A stretch of DNA of 64,000 nucleotides. Origin: an uncultured Gemmatimonadales bacterium (GTDB lineage Bacteria; Gemmatimonadota; Gemmatimonadetes; Gemmatimonadales; GWC2-71-9). This document shows positions 23,737 to 34,254 of this stretch, piece by piece. Under the pieces are notes generated by a model. It saw nothing but the letters and a program-made list of their open reading frames with translations. It had not been told where the DNA came from and did not search any database. Position 1 is the first letter of the stretch, and every line of letters begins with the position of its first letter. The stretch is from NCBI GenBank assembly GCA_963798915.1, contig CAWCVB010000014.1, positions 1-64,000 of the forward strand. The letters are read 5' to 3'. The translations under genes were made by a program, and so were the position numbers.

Positions 23737-24571
23737 GACTGCCGCCCCGGCGGATGGCAAGCCGCGCACCGATGCTGAGCAGCAGCACCACGAGGATGAG
23801 CACGAGGGCGGCCGCCCAGGCGTACTGATGCCATTGCTCGTAGGGGCCAGTCGCATATACGAAAACCGACAGCGGAAGTGCCGCCATCGGCTCGTTGATG
23901 TTGGTCGTCAGGTACTGGCTGCCCAGCGCGGTGAACAGCAGCGGGGCGGTCTCGCCGGCGATGCGCGCGACGGACAGGAGACTGCCGGTGGCGATCCCGG
24001 GCAGCGTGGTACGGACCACGACCAGCAGGGCCGTGCGCCAGCGCGGATAGCCCAGTGCCAGCGCGGCTTCCCGCAGCGAATTGGGCACCAGCTTGATCAT
24101 CTCTTCGGTGGTGCGCAGGACCATCGGGATCATCAGCAGGGCCAGCGCGACGCTCCCGGCCAGCGCCGAGAAATGCTTCTGGGTCGCAACAATCCAGGCC
24201 CAGGCAAACACCCCGATCACGATCGACGGCGTGCCGTTGAGGACGTCGGCGACGAACCGGGTGAGCCAGGTCAATCGGCTGCCGGGGTATTCGGCGCAGT
24301 AGATGCCGGCCATGATGCCGATCGGCAGCCCGATCAGCGACGCCGTCCCGACGATGATCAGCGTCCCGACGATGGCGTTGGCGACGCCGCCGCCCTGCTC
24401 ACCAGCCGGCACCGGCATCCGGGTGAAGAAGTCCCAGCTCAGACTGCTGGCACCCTTGAGGAGCAGATTGAGCAGGATCAGCAGCAGTGGGAGCACGGCC
24501 ACCAGTACGGCCACGGCCATGAGCGCCACCATTGCATTGCTGATCCAGCGTCGCCGGGTGCGCCGGTGCAT
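23729..24571 (-). CDS. pstA: Phosphate ABC transporter permease
   Basis: [32 protein letters not shown]. Confidence 0.95.
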   Translation of the reverse strand: MHRRTRRRWISNAMVALMAVAVLVAVLPLLLILLNLLLKGASSLSWDFFTRMPVPAGEQGGGVANAIVGTLIIVGTASLIGLPIGIMAGIYCAEYPGSRLTWLTRFVADVLNGTPSIVIGVFAWAWIVATQKHFSALAGSVALALLMIPMVLRTTEEMIKLVPNSLREAALALGYPRWRTALLVVVRTTLPGIATGSLLSVARIAGETAPLLFTALGSQYLTTNINEPMAALPLSVFVYATGPYEQWHQYAWAAALVLILVVLLLSIGARLAIRRGGSHG

Positions 24572-25548
24572 CAGATGGCCCGGCTTCCAGCGCCCGAGCC
24601 GCGTGCCACCCGCCAGATGAGCAGTCGGGCACCGGCATTCACCAGCACCGTCACCACAAAGAGCAGCAGCGCGACATACGCCAGCGCTGCCAGGTGCATG
24701 TCGCCGACCGCCTCGGAGAATTCGTTGGCGATGGCGGCGGCCATGGTATAGCCGGGCGAAAAGAGCGAGGCCGCGATGTCATGCCGGTTGCCGATGAGCA
24801 TCGTCACGGCCATGGTCTCGCCCAGCGCCCGGCCCAGTCCCAGGATGATGGCGCCGATGATGCCCGACCGGGCATAGGGCAGCACCGCCGTGCGGACCGC
24901 CTCCCATCGCGTGGCGCCCAGGGCCAGGGCTGCTTCTCGCTGGCTGTTCGGGACCGCCACCAGGACCTCCCGGGCGACAGACATGATGTAAGGCATGATC
25001 ATGATGGCCAGGATGATGCCAGCCGAAAGCATGGACGGGCCGTAAATCGGGCCCTTGAAGAACGGCAGAAAGCCGAAAAGCCGCTGGAGCAGGGGAAACA
25101 CGGAGCCGCGAAGCAGCGGGATCATCACGAAGATGCCCCAGAGTCCGTAGACGACACTCGGAATGGCGGCCAGGAGGCCGATGATGAACGCCACCGGCTC
25201 GCGCAGCCTCATTGGAGCAAATTCGGTCAGGAAGACCGCCACACCGAGTGAGAGCGGCACCGCTATCAGCAGGGCCACGAAAGACGACATCAGCGTTCCA
25301 TAAATGAGCGGCAGGGCGCCGAATTGCTCGGCTACCGGATCCCAGTCGCTCGACGTGACGAAGTCGAGCCCGAACTTGTGCATGGCCAGCGAGGAACCGG
25401 TCCAGAGCTGCCAGACCAGGAAGCAGAGGAGCACGGGGATGAGCGCTGCCGCCACCGTCAGCAGCAGCCGGAAGACCCGGTCACTGTGGCTGCGGCGCTC
25501 CAGCGAGACGCCGCTCAGTTCGGGCGCCCTGTCGATGGGACCGGTCAT
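24571..25548 (-). CDS. pstC: Phosphate ABC transporter permease (alternative GTG start at 25587)
   Basis: FGALPLIYGT, LLAAIPSVVYGLWG, LGRALGETMAV. Confidence 0.95.
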   Translation of the reverse strand: MTGPIDRAPELSGVSLERRSHSDRVFRLLLTVAAALIPVLLCFLVWQLWTGSSLAMHKFGLDFVTSSDWDPVAEQFGALPLIYGTLMSSFVALLIAVPLSLGVAVFLTEFAPMRLREPVAFIIGLLAAIPSVVYGLWGIFVMIPLLRGSVFPLLQRLFGFLPFFKGPIYGPSMLSAGIILAIMIMPYIMSVAREVLVAVPNSQREAALALGATRWEAVRTAVLPYARSGIIGAIILGLGRALGETMAVTMLIGNRHDIAASLFSPGYTMAAAIANEFSEAVGDMHLAALAYVALLLFVVTVLVNAGARLLIWRVARGSGAGSRAI

Positions 25549-25582
25549 GGGCGGGAGTCTACCGTCGGCTGGGGAGGGGTTC

Positions 25583-25609
25583 GTCACGGATGTGTAACGA
25601 ATGGGTCAC
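25583..25609. promoter_or_regulatory. Candidate Pho box upstream of pstC
   Basis: GTCAC 25583, GTAAC 25594, GTCAC 25605, 11-bp phase. Confidence 0.5.
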
Positions 25610-25652
25610 GGGTCACCAGTCGACCCGCGACCCGTGACCCGTGACCCGTGAC
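25603..25652. repeat. Inverted heptamer repeat arms between pstS and pstC
   Basis: (GGGTCAC)x2, then CCCGCGA(CCCGTGA)x3. Confidence 0.8.
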
Positions 25653-25660
25653 CGCTCGCC

Positions 25661-26722
25661 CTACAGCTGCTGGAGCCGCTGCTGAATCAGCTCGATGACC
25701 GGCATCGGCAACGGCGCGTAATGCAGGTCGCTGGCCATGCGCTGGGCATCGGGCGTGATCATCCAGGCGACGAAGTTCTTGATCAGTTCGGCCTTGGCGG
25801 AGTCGGGATTCTGCGGCCTCAGCAGCAGCCAGGTGAACGACGAGATCGGGTAGGCCGCCTCCCCGGCCGCGTTGGTGATCGAGACGCGGAAGTCCGTGCC
25901 CGGCTGCAGGTTGGCGCCAGCCGCCGCAGCGGTCACGCTGTTGAGTGCCGGCTCCACGAAGTGGCCGGCGGCATTCTTGACGTCGGCGTACGGGAGACCG
26001 TTGCTGATGGCATAGATCAGCTCCACGTATCCGATCGTTCCGTCGTTCTGCTTGACCAGCTGGGTGACACCCTCGTTGCCCTTGCCACCAAGGCCCACGG
26101 GCCAATCGACCGAGGTGCCCTTGCCGACCTTGGTCTTCCATTCGGGCGACACCTTCGAGAGATAGTCGGTGAAGATGTAACTGGTGCCCGAGCCGTCTGA
26201 CCGGTGGGCCACGATGATGTCCTTGTCCGGCAGCGCAATGCCAGGATTGAGGCTGGTGATTCGACGGTCATTCCACTTGGTGATCTTGCCGAGGAAAATG
26301 TCGCCAATGGTGGCGCCATCCAGCTTGAGATGGGTCTGACCCAGCGCCGGCAGGTTGTAGGTGACGACATCGGCGCCTAGCACCGTCGGGATATGAAGCA
26401 CGTTACCCTGCACGGCGGCGATCTGCTCATCAGTCATCGGGCCGTCACTGGCGCCGAAGTCGACGGTGCCCTCGGTGAACTGGCGGATGCCGCCGCCGGA
26501 GCCGATCGACTGATAATTGATCTTGACCCCGGCCTGCCGGGCATAGGCGTCGAACCACTTGGCATAGATCGGGTTCGGGAAGGTGGCGCCGGCGCCGGTC
26601 AGCGCGACGCTGGACGAGCCCATCGCTGCGCTGTCCTGCGCAGCCTGGCCCGCCTCTCCCTTGCCGCCGCAGGCGGAAACGGAGAGGGCGGTAACGAGCG
26701 AAAGCAGCATCAAACGACGCAT
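25661..26722 (-). CDS. pstS: Phosphate-binding lipoprotein
   Basis: Lipobox VSAC; GAGATFP, YQSIGSGGG, DFGASD, HRSDGSGT; GGAG RBS. Confidence 0.97.
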   Translation of the reverse strand: MRRLMLLSLVTALSVSACGGKGEAGQAAQDSAAMGSSSVALTGAGATFPNPIYAKWFDAYARQAGVKINYQSIGSGGGIRQFTEGTVDFGASDGPMTDEQIAAVQGNVLHIPTVLGADVVTYNLPALGQTHLKLDGATIGDIFLGKITKWNDRRITSLNPGIALPDKDIIVAHRSDGSGTSYIFTDYLSKVSPEWKTKVGKGTSVDWPVGLGGKGNEGVTQLVKQNDGTIGYVELIYAISNGLPYADVKNAAGHFVEPALNSVTAAAAGANLQPGTDFRVSITNAAGEAAYPISSFTWLLLRPQNPDSAKAELIKNFVAWMITPDAQRMASDLHYAPLPMPVIELIQQRLQQL

Positions 26723-26757
26723 CGGGACTCCATGGGAACGGGAAGAATGGAACGGCA

Positions 26758-27795
26758 TCAGAACGTGACCTGGGCTTGCAACAGACCCTGGGTGCGGGCT
26801 GCATATGCGGCCGGCGTGGGCGCACCGCCCTCAAACGTGACGTGGTCAATGTCGGCCAGCAGCCGCAGGTTGGGACTCAGCTGATAAGCCACACCGCCAA
26901 TGAGCCGTGTCTGCCGGTTGTCGGCGACGTCCGTGTCGGGGTCGACATCGTCCACCCGGGCAATGAACTGGATCGGCTGGCTGGGGAGCCGCAACACGCC
27001 GAACGCGCTGAGTACCCGGCCCTTGCGCGTGGAGAAATCAGGGAGCGCCGGCGCCGGAGGGTTGTCCTGGCGGTCACGGGTAAGCCCCGCTTCGCCGGCC
27101 AGCGTGAACAGCTTGCTCCGGTACGACAGCATGCCGATCACTCGGCTCCGGACGCCGCCGCCCGTCGGAGTGCCATACTGCCCGTACCCAGTGAGCCGCA
27201 GTCCACCCGTCTTGCTGGCATCATCCGTGGCGAGCAGGCGTCCGGACAGCCGTGCCTCCACATCCTTGCGCTTGTCGCCCGGTGCTTTTCCGTAGCCTTC
27301 GCCGTTGTAGACACCGACCTGCATGTTGACGGCATCCTTGGCCCAGGTACCATCCACCCCCAGTCCGAAGTCGCTCGAGGTGAGGTACCCGGCCCGGTCA
27401 AATACGGTGGTGCCCTGCATCCGGTAATCCCACAGCGATTCCTCATAGTCCAGCCACGGAGTATGGATCTGCCCGAACTTGGCAGTCAGCGGGCTGCCGG
27501 CCGGCGTATAGCTCGCATACGCGTACTTGAGCCGAAGATCGAGTGAGCCATCACTGGCGCGGTGCAGGTCCGAGGTGACCCGGACACCGACGCCGCTCCC
27601 GAGGCTCCCTGTGACGTTCACGTAGGCACGGGTCACGTCAAAATTATTGCCCTGTGCCGCCGTGTCGCCCAACTGGTAGAGGTACTGGGCATAGACCACT
27701 CCGCCAACCTTGACTTGCGGGCCATCCTGCTGAGCCGCGGCCCTGCCTGACACTGCCAAGCTCGCCAAGACTGCACCAGCCAGGATACGTCGCAT
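26758..27795 (-). CDS. Outer-membrane porin, probably phosphate-related
   Basis: Signal peptide, amphipathic beta strands (RAYVNVTG, RLKYAY), C-terminal QVTF; heads the pst operon. Confidence 0.75.
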   Translation of the reverse strand: MRRILAGAVLASLAVSGRAAAQQDGPQVKVGGVVYAQYLYQLGDTAAQGNNFDVTRAYVNVTGSLGSGVGVRVTSDLHRASDGSLDLRLKYAYASYTPAGSPLTAKFGQIHTPWLDYEESLWDYRMQGTTVFDRAGYLTSSDFGLGVDGTWAKDAVNMQVGVYNGEGYGKAPGDKRKDVEARLSGRLLATDDASKTGGLRLTGYGQYGTPTGGGVRSRVIGMLSYRSKLFTLAGEAGLTRDRQDNPPAPALPDFSTRKGRVLSAFGVLRLPSQPIQFIARVDDVDPDTDVADNRQTRLIGGVAYQLSPNLRLLADIDHVTFEGGAPTPAAYAARTQGLLQAQVTF

Positions 27796-27868
27796 CCATG
27801 ATCTCCGTGGGTTCGGGTGAGCTGAGCGCACCATGCGATCAAGCACACCAGAACGAACGGAAAAATCC

Positions 27869-27936
27869 GTCACGAACAGGATGCTACCGTGTCACGGCGA
27901 TGTAACGGACGCCTGATAGCGTCACGCTTGTGTCAC
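27869..27936. promoter_or_regulatory. Candidate Pho boxes upstream of the porin-pst operon
   Basis: GTCAC 27869 and 27891, GTAAC 27902; GTCAC 27921 and 27932 (multiples of 11 bp). Confidence 0.6.
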
Positions 27937-27954
27937 AGGATCGTGTACATCCGG

Positions 27955-28320
27955 TCAGCGGGCGCTGTCGACCCCCTCATTGAACGGATCCCGGAACAAT
28001 TCCTCACCACTGACAATCATGGTGGCCAGGGGGTGTCGGCGAAGCTGGCGCGCGAGCTGGTCGTTCAGTCCCACCAGCCGCGCGCGCTGGCCCGATGAAA
28101 GGTGCCGCTCGCTCAGCACCAGCCATAGCTGCGCCACGCCCGCGGGGTCGATGCCAGTGACCCCGTCGCAGCGAATCAACAGGTCCCGTGCCGGCTCGAC
28201 GTCGGCATCGAGGCGCAGGCGCAGCGCACCGACGGCAGTGTCGTCGAGATGACCCACCAGCTGATGCGAGCCCGCACGCGGCGCGCGACGTCGAAGGTTG
28301 AGAAAAACCGGTTCGGCCAT
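27955..28320 (-). CDS. STAS-domain protein
   Basis: LVGHLD...LLIRCDGVTGIDPAGVAQL...ARLVGLNDQL matches STAS topology. Confidence 0.6.
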   Translation of the reverse strand: MAEPVFLNLRRRAPRAGSHQLVGHLDDTAVGALRLRLDADVEPARDLLIRCDGVTGIDPAGVAQLWLVLSERHLSSGQRARLVGLNDQLARQLRRHPLATMIVSGEELFRDPFNEGVDSAR

Positions 28321-28492
28321 GGGAACAGCTTAGACGACCAACGTCACGGCCCGAACGGCCTTGTGTAACGGGCGCACGACGGCGATGGCCTGCAGTTGGC
28401 CGCCCACGTGACGCAATCGTTGCATGCGCGTCGTCGGCCTGAGACTGTTGCCCGGGAATTTCCCACCGTCTTCCCGCGCAAAGGAACTGCGA

Positions 28493-31243
28493 ATGGTTCG
28501 AATGTTCAGTCGAGTGGCAATCGCGATCCTCCTGATGCTTGTCGCCGCTGTGCCCCAACTGGCCGCTCAGGCCTCCCGCGGGCGAATCGTCGGCCGTGTC
28601 GTCGATGCAATCCAGGGGAGTCCGATTGCAGGGGCGGAAGTCGAGCTGGTCGATGGCGGGCGCCGCCAGCTGACCGCACTGGACGGACGGTATACGCTGC
28701 CGGATGTGCCCGCCGGCCGGGCCAGCATTCGGGTGCGCATGATCGGCTACGGCAGCAAGCTGGTCAGCGGAATCGCCGTCGAGAGTGGCAAGGCGGCGGA
28801 ACAGGATGTCGCGCTGGATGTCGCGGCGATCCAGCTCGAGGAGATAGCGGTGACCTCGGAAGCCGAGCGCGGTTCGGTGACGCGCGCGCTCGATGAGCAG
28901 CGCACCGCCGTCGGCATCGTGAACACGATGAGTGCCGAGCAGATCGGAAAGACGCCGGACAGCGACGCCGGCCAGGCGATGCAGCGCGTCAGCGGCGTCA
29001 CGGTGCAGGACGGCAAGTACGTGGCGGTGCGCGGGCTGGGCGAGCGCTACACCACCACGGAACTGAATGGGGCCCGGATACCCAGTCCGGACCCTGAGAA
29101 GAAGGTGGTGCCGCTGGACGTCTTTCCGTCCGGACTGCTTGCCAGCATCACTACCGCCAAGACCTTCACGCCTGACCAGTGGGGCGACTTCTCCGGCGCC
29201 CAGGTCAACCTGACCACCCGCGAATTTCCGGCCCACCGCCTGTTCAGTCTGTCAGTCTCGTCGGGCTTCAACTCGGCGGCGACCGGCCAGGACGTACTCC
29301 GGGCTCCGCGCACCGGTTCCGAGTGGCTCGGCTTTGCCGGCAGCGCGCGGGGGCTGCCCGGCCCGCTGGTGGGCGTTCGCTCGCTCCAGGGCCGAACCGA
29401 CGCGGAGATCAACTCCATGATTTCCAGCTTCAGGAATGCGTGGGCGCCAGTGGCCGGCAAGGGAACCGCCAACGGCTCGCTTTCGCTGGCTGTGGGCGGC
29501 AACGATCCGATCGCCGGGCTGGACCTGGGGTACATCGGGTCGCTGTCCTATGGATATGGCCAGGAAGTGCGGGTCGACGAGGTGCGGGCGCTGCCGAATG
29601 TCGAAGGCGACTCCCTGGTGCCGATCGATCAGTATACCGGCTCCACCGGGCGCACCTCGGTATTGTGGGGTGGCCTCTTCAACCTGACGACCCACCTGGG
29701 GTCAGCAAGCCGCATTTCGTTCAATAATTCCTACACCCGCTCGGCCGACAATGAGGCCAACCAGCTGGGAGGATTGAACGAGGAGTTTGCCACACCACTG
29801 GTGCTTTCCCGCACGACGTTCACGGCGCGCGGGGTCCGCTCCAACCAGCTGACCGGCGAACATCTCCTGGGTGAGCGCCACACCGTGGACTGGTCAGTCA
29901 CCAATTCACGAGTGACCCGCGATGAGCCGGACCGCTCCGACCTCAGCTACATCGGGGCCACCGACCCGGCGACGGGACAGCTGGTCCGGAGCCTCTGGTT
30001 CGCCGGGGAATTCTCCGCTACCAAGACCTTCTCGACGTTGTCGGAGAACGGCTGGGACTTTGCCGGCAACTATCGGCTGGCGCTCGGGTCCCTGACCAGG
30101 CCGGTAATGGTCAAGACGGGCGTGGCCCATCGGAAAGTGGATCGGGATGCCGACAGCCAGCCCTACGATGTACAAAGCCGTGACCTGTCCGTAGCGGAGC
30201 GCTCGGTGGCGCCGTCCCAGCTGTTCGACGGAACCTACGCGATGGACGGCCGGCTGTCGCTCTTCGTGGATCAGGTGGGCGGCCAGTACACGGCGCACGA
30301 CCGGATTACGGCGGGCTATGCCATGGTGGACGTGCCCCTGGGCAACCGGCTCCACGTGATCGGCGGTGGGCGCGTTGAGCACTGGGGACTGGATCTCACC
30401 TCATTTGATCGGACGCTGAGCCGGGACAGCACCGTCACGCGTCGCAACACCGACCTGCTGCCCTCGCTTGCGCTCAACTATGCGCTCAGCCCGGATCAGA
30501 ACCTGCGGCTCTCCGCCAGCCGGACCCTCTCCCGTCCGGAATATCGGGAAATCACCAATGTCCAATCCTTCAACCCGATCGACGGCACCTTCCTGTTCGG
30601 CAACACCAACCTGCAGCGCGCCCTGGTGCAGAACTACGACGCGCGGTGGGAATGGTATCCGCGAGAAGGCGAAATCCTGAGCCTTGGCGTGTTCGCGAAG
30701 CGGTTCAGCGACCCCATCGAGCGGGTCTTCGTGTTCACCTCGGGCGCTGCGGCCCTCAGCTACATCAATGCCGAACGCGCCACCGACATCGGCGTCGAGG
30801 CCGAGGTGCGCACCCGCCTCGACGCCCTGGGACACGGACTGCGCGACCTCACGTTCTTTGCCAATGCAACGCTGATGCGAAGCCGGATTACGCCCGGGGA
30901 TTCCAGCCTGACCAGCGCCGAGCGACCGCTCGTCGGTCAGGCCGGCTATGTGGTCAACGGCGGCCTGACGTACAGCCACGACGGCTGGAGTGCGACGGCG
31001 CTCTACAATGTCGTCGGGCGGCGCGTGGCCGAGGCGGGGTTCCGCCCCTACCCGGACGTCTACGAGGAGCCCCGGCAGCTGCTGGACGTTTCGCTGGAAG
31101 TGCCCGTATTCACGGAGCTCGCGTTCAAGCTGGACGCCAGGAATCTGCTGGATGCGCGGGTGCGATTTACCCAGGGCACCGTCGAGCGGCTGGCCTACCG
31201 GTCCGGGCGGGTGCTGAGCGTGGGTGCGCAGTGGCAGCCCTGA
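28493..31243 (+). CDS. TonB-dependent receptor with N-terminal carboxypeptidase-regulatory-like domain
   Basis: Signal peptide; GRIVGRVVD, plug QRVSGVTV/VRGLGERY, barrel NYDARWEWYP, KLDARNLLD. Confidence 0.92.
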   Translation: MVRMFSRVAIAILLMLVAAVPQLAAQASRGRIVGRVVDAIQGSPIAGAEVELVDGGRRQLTALDGRYTLPDVPAGRASIRVRMIGYGSKLVSGIAVESGKAAEQDVALDVAAIQLEEIAVTSEAERGSVTRALDEQRTAVGIVNTMSAEQIGKTPDSDAGQAMQRVSGVTVQDGKYVAVRGLGERYTTTELNGARIPSPDPEKKVVPLDVFPSGLLASITTAKTFTPDQWGDFSGAQVNLTTREFPAHRLFSLSVSSGFNSAATGQDVLRAPRTGSEWLGFAGSARGLPGPLVGVRSLQGRTDAEINSMISSFRNAWAPVAGKGTANGSLSLAVGGNDPIAGLDLGYIGSLSYGYGQEVRVDEVRALPNVEGDSLVPIDQYTGSTGRTSVLWGGLFNLTTHLGSASRISFNNSYTRSADNEANQLGGLNEEFATPLVLSRTTFTARGVRSNQLTGEHLLGERHTVDWSVTNSRVTRDEPDRSDLSYIGATDPATGQLVRSLWFAGEFSATKTFSTLSENGWDFAGNYRLALGSLTRPVMVKTGVAHRKVDRDADSQPYDVQSRDLSVAERSVAPSQLFDGTYAMDGRLSLFVDQVGGQYTAHDRITAGYAMVDVPLGNRLHVIGGGRVEHWGLDLTSFDRTLSRDSTVTRRNTDLLPSLALNYALSPDQNLRLSASRTLSRPEYREITNVQSFNPIDGTFLFGNTNLQRALVQNYDARWEWYPREGEILSLGVFAKRFSDPIERVFVFTSGAAALSYINAERATDIGVEAEVRTRLDALGHGLRDLTFFANATLMRSRITPGDSSLTSAERPLVGQAGYVVNGGLTYSHDGWSATALYNVVGRRVAEAGFRPYPDVYEEPRQLLDVSLEVPVFTELAFKLDARNLLDARVRFTQGTVERLAYRSGRVLSVGAQWQP

Positions 31244-31332
31244 AACCGTTGACGTGACTGTGACGCGATGATGATGGGCCCGATATGCCTGTACGGTTTC
31301 ATCCAGTACCACCTTCTCTCATCGAGGAAATG

Positions 31333-33003
31333 ATGACGCTGGTTTCGCGTAAGCTCGCCGGACTCCTTGCAGTCGCCGCCATGGTGGCGGTCTCCGCCTG
31401 CAGCGACAGCACCGAGCCGACAAACAACCCCCCGGCCACACCGACCGGACTGGCGGCCCAAGTCCAGGAAGACAACACCATCGCCGTCTCATGGAACGCC
31501 TCGACGGGGGCGACCAGCTACACGCTGGAACGGTCTACGGCTGGTGGCGCTTTCACCCAGGTTGGCGGTTCCATCACGTCCACGTCGTACACCGACAGCG
31601 ATGTGGAGCAGGACGTGGCCTACAGCTACCACGTGGCCGCGGTGAATGCCAACGGCACCAGCAGCTTCAGCGCCGCGGTGGATGCCTCGGTTTCGGGCCC
31701 GATGGTGGCCACCTTGGGACCCGACCCGATCACCGCGGATCGGACACTGTACGCCGACACGCTGTACACCTTGTCCGGCTACGTGAAGGTGTCCAATGGC
31801 GCGACGCTCACCATCGAGCCGGGGACCAGGATCGTCGGCGACTTTGATGTCAAGGGGAGCTCGCTCTGGATCCTGCGTGGATCGAAGATTATGGCGGAGG
31901 GCACGGCTGACGCGCCCATCGTGTTTACCTCGGCCCAGCCGGTAGGCTCGCGCAAGCCCGGCGACTGGGGCGGCCTCATCATCATCGGCAACGGCGTCAG
32001 CAGCCGCAGCGGCACCATCTTTTCAGAAGGTCCGCAGGGGGTGACCGAGGTCTACTCCGGGGGCACCGATTTCAACGACAACAGCGGCTCGCTCAAGTAT
32101 GTGCGGGTGGAGTTCGCCGGCTACGACGTGACCGGTACCGGCCAGGAGCTCAACGCCTTCAGCTCCTATGCCGTAGGGCGGGGGACCAGGTACGAGTACC
32201 TCGAGGCGCTTGCCGGTCTCGACGACTCCTATGAATTCTTCGGCGGCGCGGTGGACGGCCGCTACCTGCTCTCCTACGAGTCGGGCGACGACCATTTTGA
32301 CTGGAGCGAAGGGTCCCACATCCGGCTCCAGAATATCGTGGCCTTCCAGAGTGTGCGCCTCACCCCCGCCGCAGGCGCCGGCTTCATTTCCTCGGATCCG
32401 GAAGGCTTCGAGGGCGACGGTTGCCCCTCGGGCGAAGCGGGCTGCGATGCGGGCAACGCCCAGACGCCCTACGCGGTCCCCGTCATCGTCAACTTCACGG
32501 TCATTGGCCCGGGTGACGGCGTGGCACTCAGCGCCAGCGGTGACTATGGCGCGGTGATTCGCCGCGGTTCCGGCGGCTACCTGAGCCATGGCATCATTGC
32601 CCGCTGGGCCCGCCAGGGCATCAATCTCCGGGATGCGTTCACCAACACGCAGCTCGAGACCAATGACTCGCTGAACATCGTGAATCTGCTCATGGCCGAG
32701 AACGGCGCCAATTACGACGAGGACGCCGGCGCCAACTTCGGCCAGGCGTCCAAGTTCACCACCTCGAACCACGTCGAGGACCCCGGCACCGCTGCAAGCC
32801 TGATCACCAGTCTTGCCGCGCCCAATCTGGACTGGACGCCGACCGGCTCCGCCGGGGGTGCGGTTGCGGGTGCCATCGCCATTCCGGCGGGCTACACCGC
32901 CAACTTCTTCGGTGGCACGCTCACGCCGGGCGACTACTTCGGCGCAGCCGCTCCTGGCGGTCCCAAGTGGTGGGATGGCTGGAGCTACTACGCGGCCAAC
33001 TGA
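31333..33003 (+). CDS. Surface lipoprotein: Fn3 domain plus probable beta-helix domain
   Basis: Lipobox VSAC; PATPTGL..VSWNASTGATSY; LTIEPGT, PIVFTS, GDWGGLII, DNSGSLKYVRVEFAG, DDSYEFFGG. Confidence 0.8.
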   Translation: MTLVSRKLAGLLAVAAMVAVSACSDSTEPTNNPPATPTGLAAQVQEDNTIAVSWNASTGATSYTLERSTAGGAFTQVGGSITSTSYTDSDVEQDVAYSYHVAAVNANGTSSFSAAVDASVSGPMVATLGPDPITADRTLYADTLYTLSGYVKVSNGATLTIEPGTRIVGDFDVKGSSLWILRGSKIMAEGTADAPIVFTSAQPVGSRKPGDWGGLIIIGNGVSSRSGTIFSEGPQGVTEVYSGGTDFNDNSGSLKYVRVEFAGYDVTGTGQELNAFSSYAVGRGTRYEYLEALAGLDDSYEFFGGAVDGRYLLSYESGDDHFDWSEGSHIRLQNIVAFQSVRLTPAAGAGFISSDPEGFEGDGCPSGEAGCDAGNAQTPYAVPVIVNFTVIGPGDGVALSASGDYGAVIRRGSGGYLSHGIIARWARQGINLRDAFTNTQLETNDSLNIVNLLMAENGANYDEDAGANFGQASKFTTSNHVEDPGTAASLITSLAAPNLDWTPTGSAGGAVAGAIAIPAGYTANFFGGTLTPGDYFGAAAPGGPKWWDGWSYYAAN

Positions 33004-33014
33004 TCAACCTCAAT

Positions 33015-33047
33015 GCGGACGGCCGGGCACAGTGCCCGGCCGTCCGT
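33015..33047 (+). terminator. Strong hairpin without U tract (terminator or mRNA stabiliser)
   Basis: GCGGACGGCCGGGCAC-A-GTGCCCGGCCGTCCGT just after the stop codon. Confidence 0.5.
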
Positions 33048-33063
33048 GCTATACAGGAGTGCA

Positions 33064-33669
33064 GTGAGAGTGCGACGAATTGCGATGGTCATGGTGACGG
33101 CGGGCTTGCTCGCCTGTGCGGCAGCCGGCTGCCGCACGGACGCGGCACGCGCTGCCGCAAGTGTCACGGTCGACAGCGCACTGAACCGTGATGAAGCATT
33201 GCGGCGCTTCCGCTCCGCGCTGCCGGCGCCTGTAGCGCTGGCGGGTGGGGCGAGCTCACGGGCTGCACTTGCAGAAGCCTGGACGGCCGGGTTGGCGGGC
33301 TCCGACACCGCCACCCTTCGCCGGCTGGTGCTCAGCCAGGCGGAGTTTGCCTGGCTGTTCTACCCGACAAGCCCGCAGGGATTGCCGCCCTATGACCTGT
33401 CGCCAGGACTGATGTGGGACATGCTGAGCCGGCAAACGGAGCGCGGGATCAACTATGAGCTGCGACACCTGGCCGGGAAACCCTTGACCTTCGCGGCCAT
33501 GGACTGTGGCGAGAAGCCGTCGATCGAAGGCGACAACCGGCTCTGGGGCCCCTGCCTGATGACACTCGTCGTCAACCGGCACGACACGTTACGGGCCCGC
33601 CTGACCGGCCCCATCATCGAGCGCCAGGGGCGATTCAAGTTTGTCAGTTATACCAACGAGCTGGACTGA
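33064..33669 (+). CDS. Hypothetical lipoprotein
   Basis: AGGAG RBS, GTG start (uncertain), hydrophobic leader ending AAGC. Confidence 0.7.
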   Translation: MRVRRIAMVMVTAGLLACAAAGCRTDAARAAASVTVDSALNRDEALRRFRSALPAPVALAGGASSRAALAEAWTAGLAGSDTATLRRLVLSQAEFAWLFYPTSPQGLPPYDLSPGLMWDMLSRQTERGINYELRHLAGKPLTFAAMDCGEKPSIEGDNRLWGPCLMTLVVNRHDTLRARLTGPIIERQGRFKFVSYTNELD

Positions 33670-33671
33670 CG

Positions 33672-34220
33672 TCAGAACGCGCCGTGAAAGAGCGTGGCGG
33701 TGAGCGTCGCGATCACCTGGCCGGCCAGGACATCGCCCAGAAAGTGGACCCCGAGCACCACGCGCGAGAGCCCCACCGCGAACGCGACCAGCGTGAGCGG
33801 AACGAGAAGCACCGGGAAGGTGAGCGCCCAGGCCACCGCGACCGCCATCGCAGCGGTCGCATGGCCCGAGGGAAACGAGAATTGATCCGGGATGGCGACC
33901 AGCGGCTGATGCAGGCCGGCCGGTCGTCCCCGGAACAACGACCGCTTGAGCAGCTGCACGGCCAGGTGAGAGACGGCGAGCGTTGCGCCGGCGCGATAGG
34001 CACCATTCAGCAACGCGGGGTCAGTAGCCGGAAGCAGTACCGCCAGGACACTTGCGGCCGTGCCACCGGAATGCGTCATGCCGGTCCAGAGCCGTCGGGT
34101 TCCCGCACCGGCGTCTGGTCGAAGCACCAGCCGAGCGGAAAGCTGGCGGTCGACTGCGCCCAGCCGGTCCAGCCAGGTGGCTGCTCTGCTCGAACGCGCG
34201 AATGTCGTCACGACACACAT
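33672..34220 (-). CDS. PAP2 family membrane lipid phosphatase
   Basis: KRSLFRGRP, SFPSGH, SRVVLGVHFLGD; start uncertain. Confidence 0.9.
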   Translation of the reverse strand: MCVVTTFARSSRAATWLDRLGAVDRQLSARLVLRPDAGAGTRRLWTGMTHSGGTAASVLAVLLPATDPALLNGAYRAGATLAVSHLAVQLLKRSLFRGRPAGLHQPLVAIPDQFSFPSGHATAAMAVAVAWALTFPVLLVPLTLVAFAVGLSRVVLGVHFLGDVLAGQVIATLTATLFHGAF

Positions 34221-34254
34221 GATGGCGCTGGTCAACGACGTGTGGATGGCTGCC

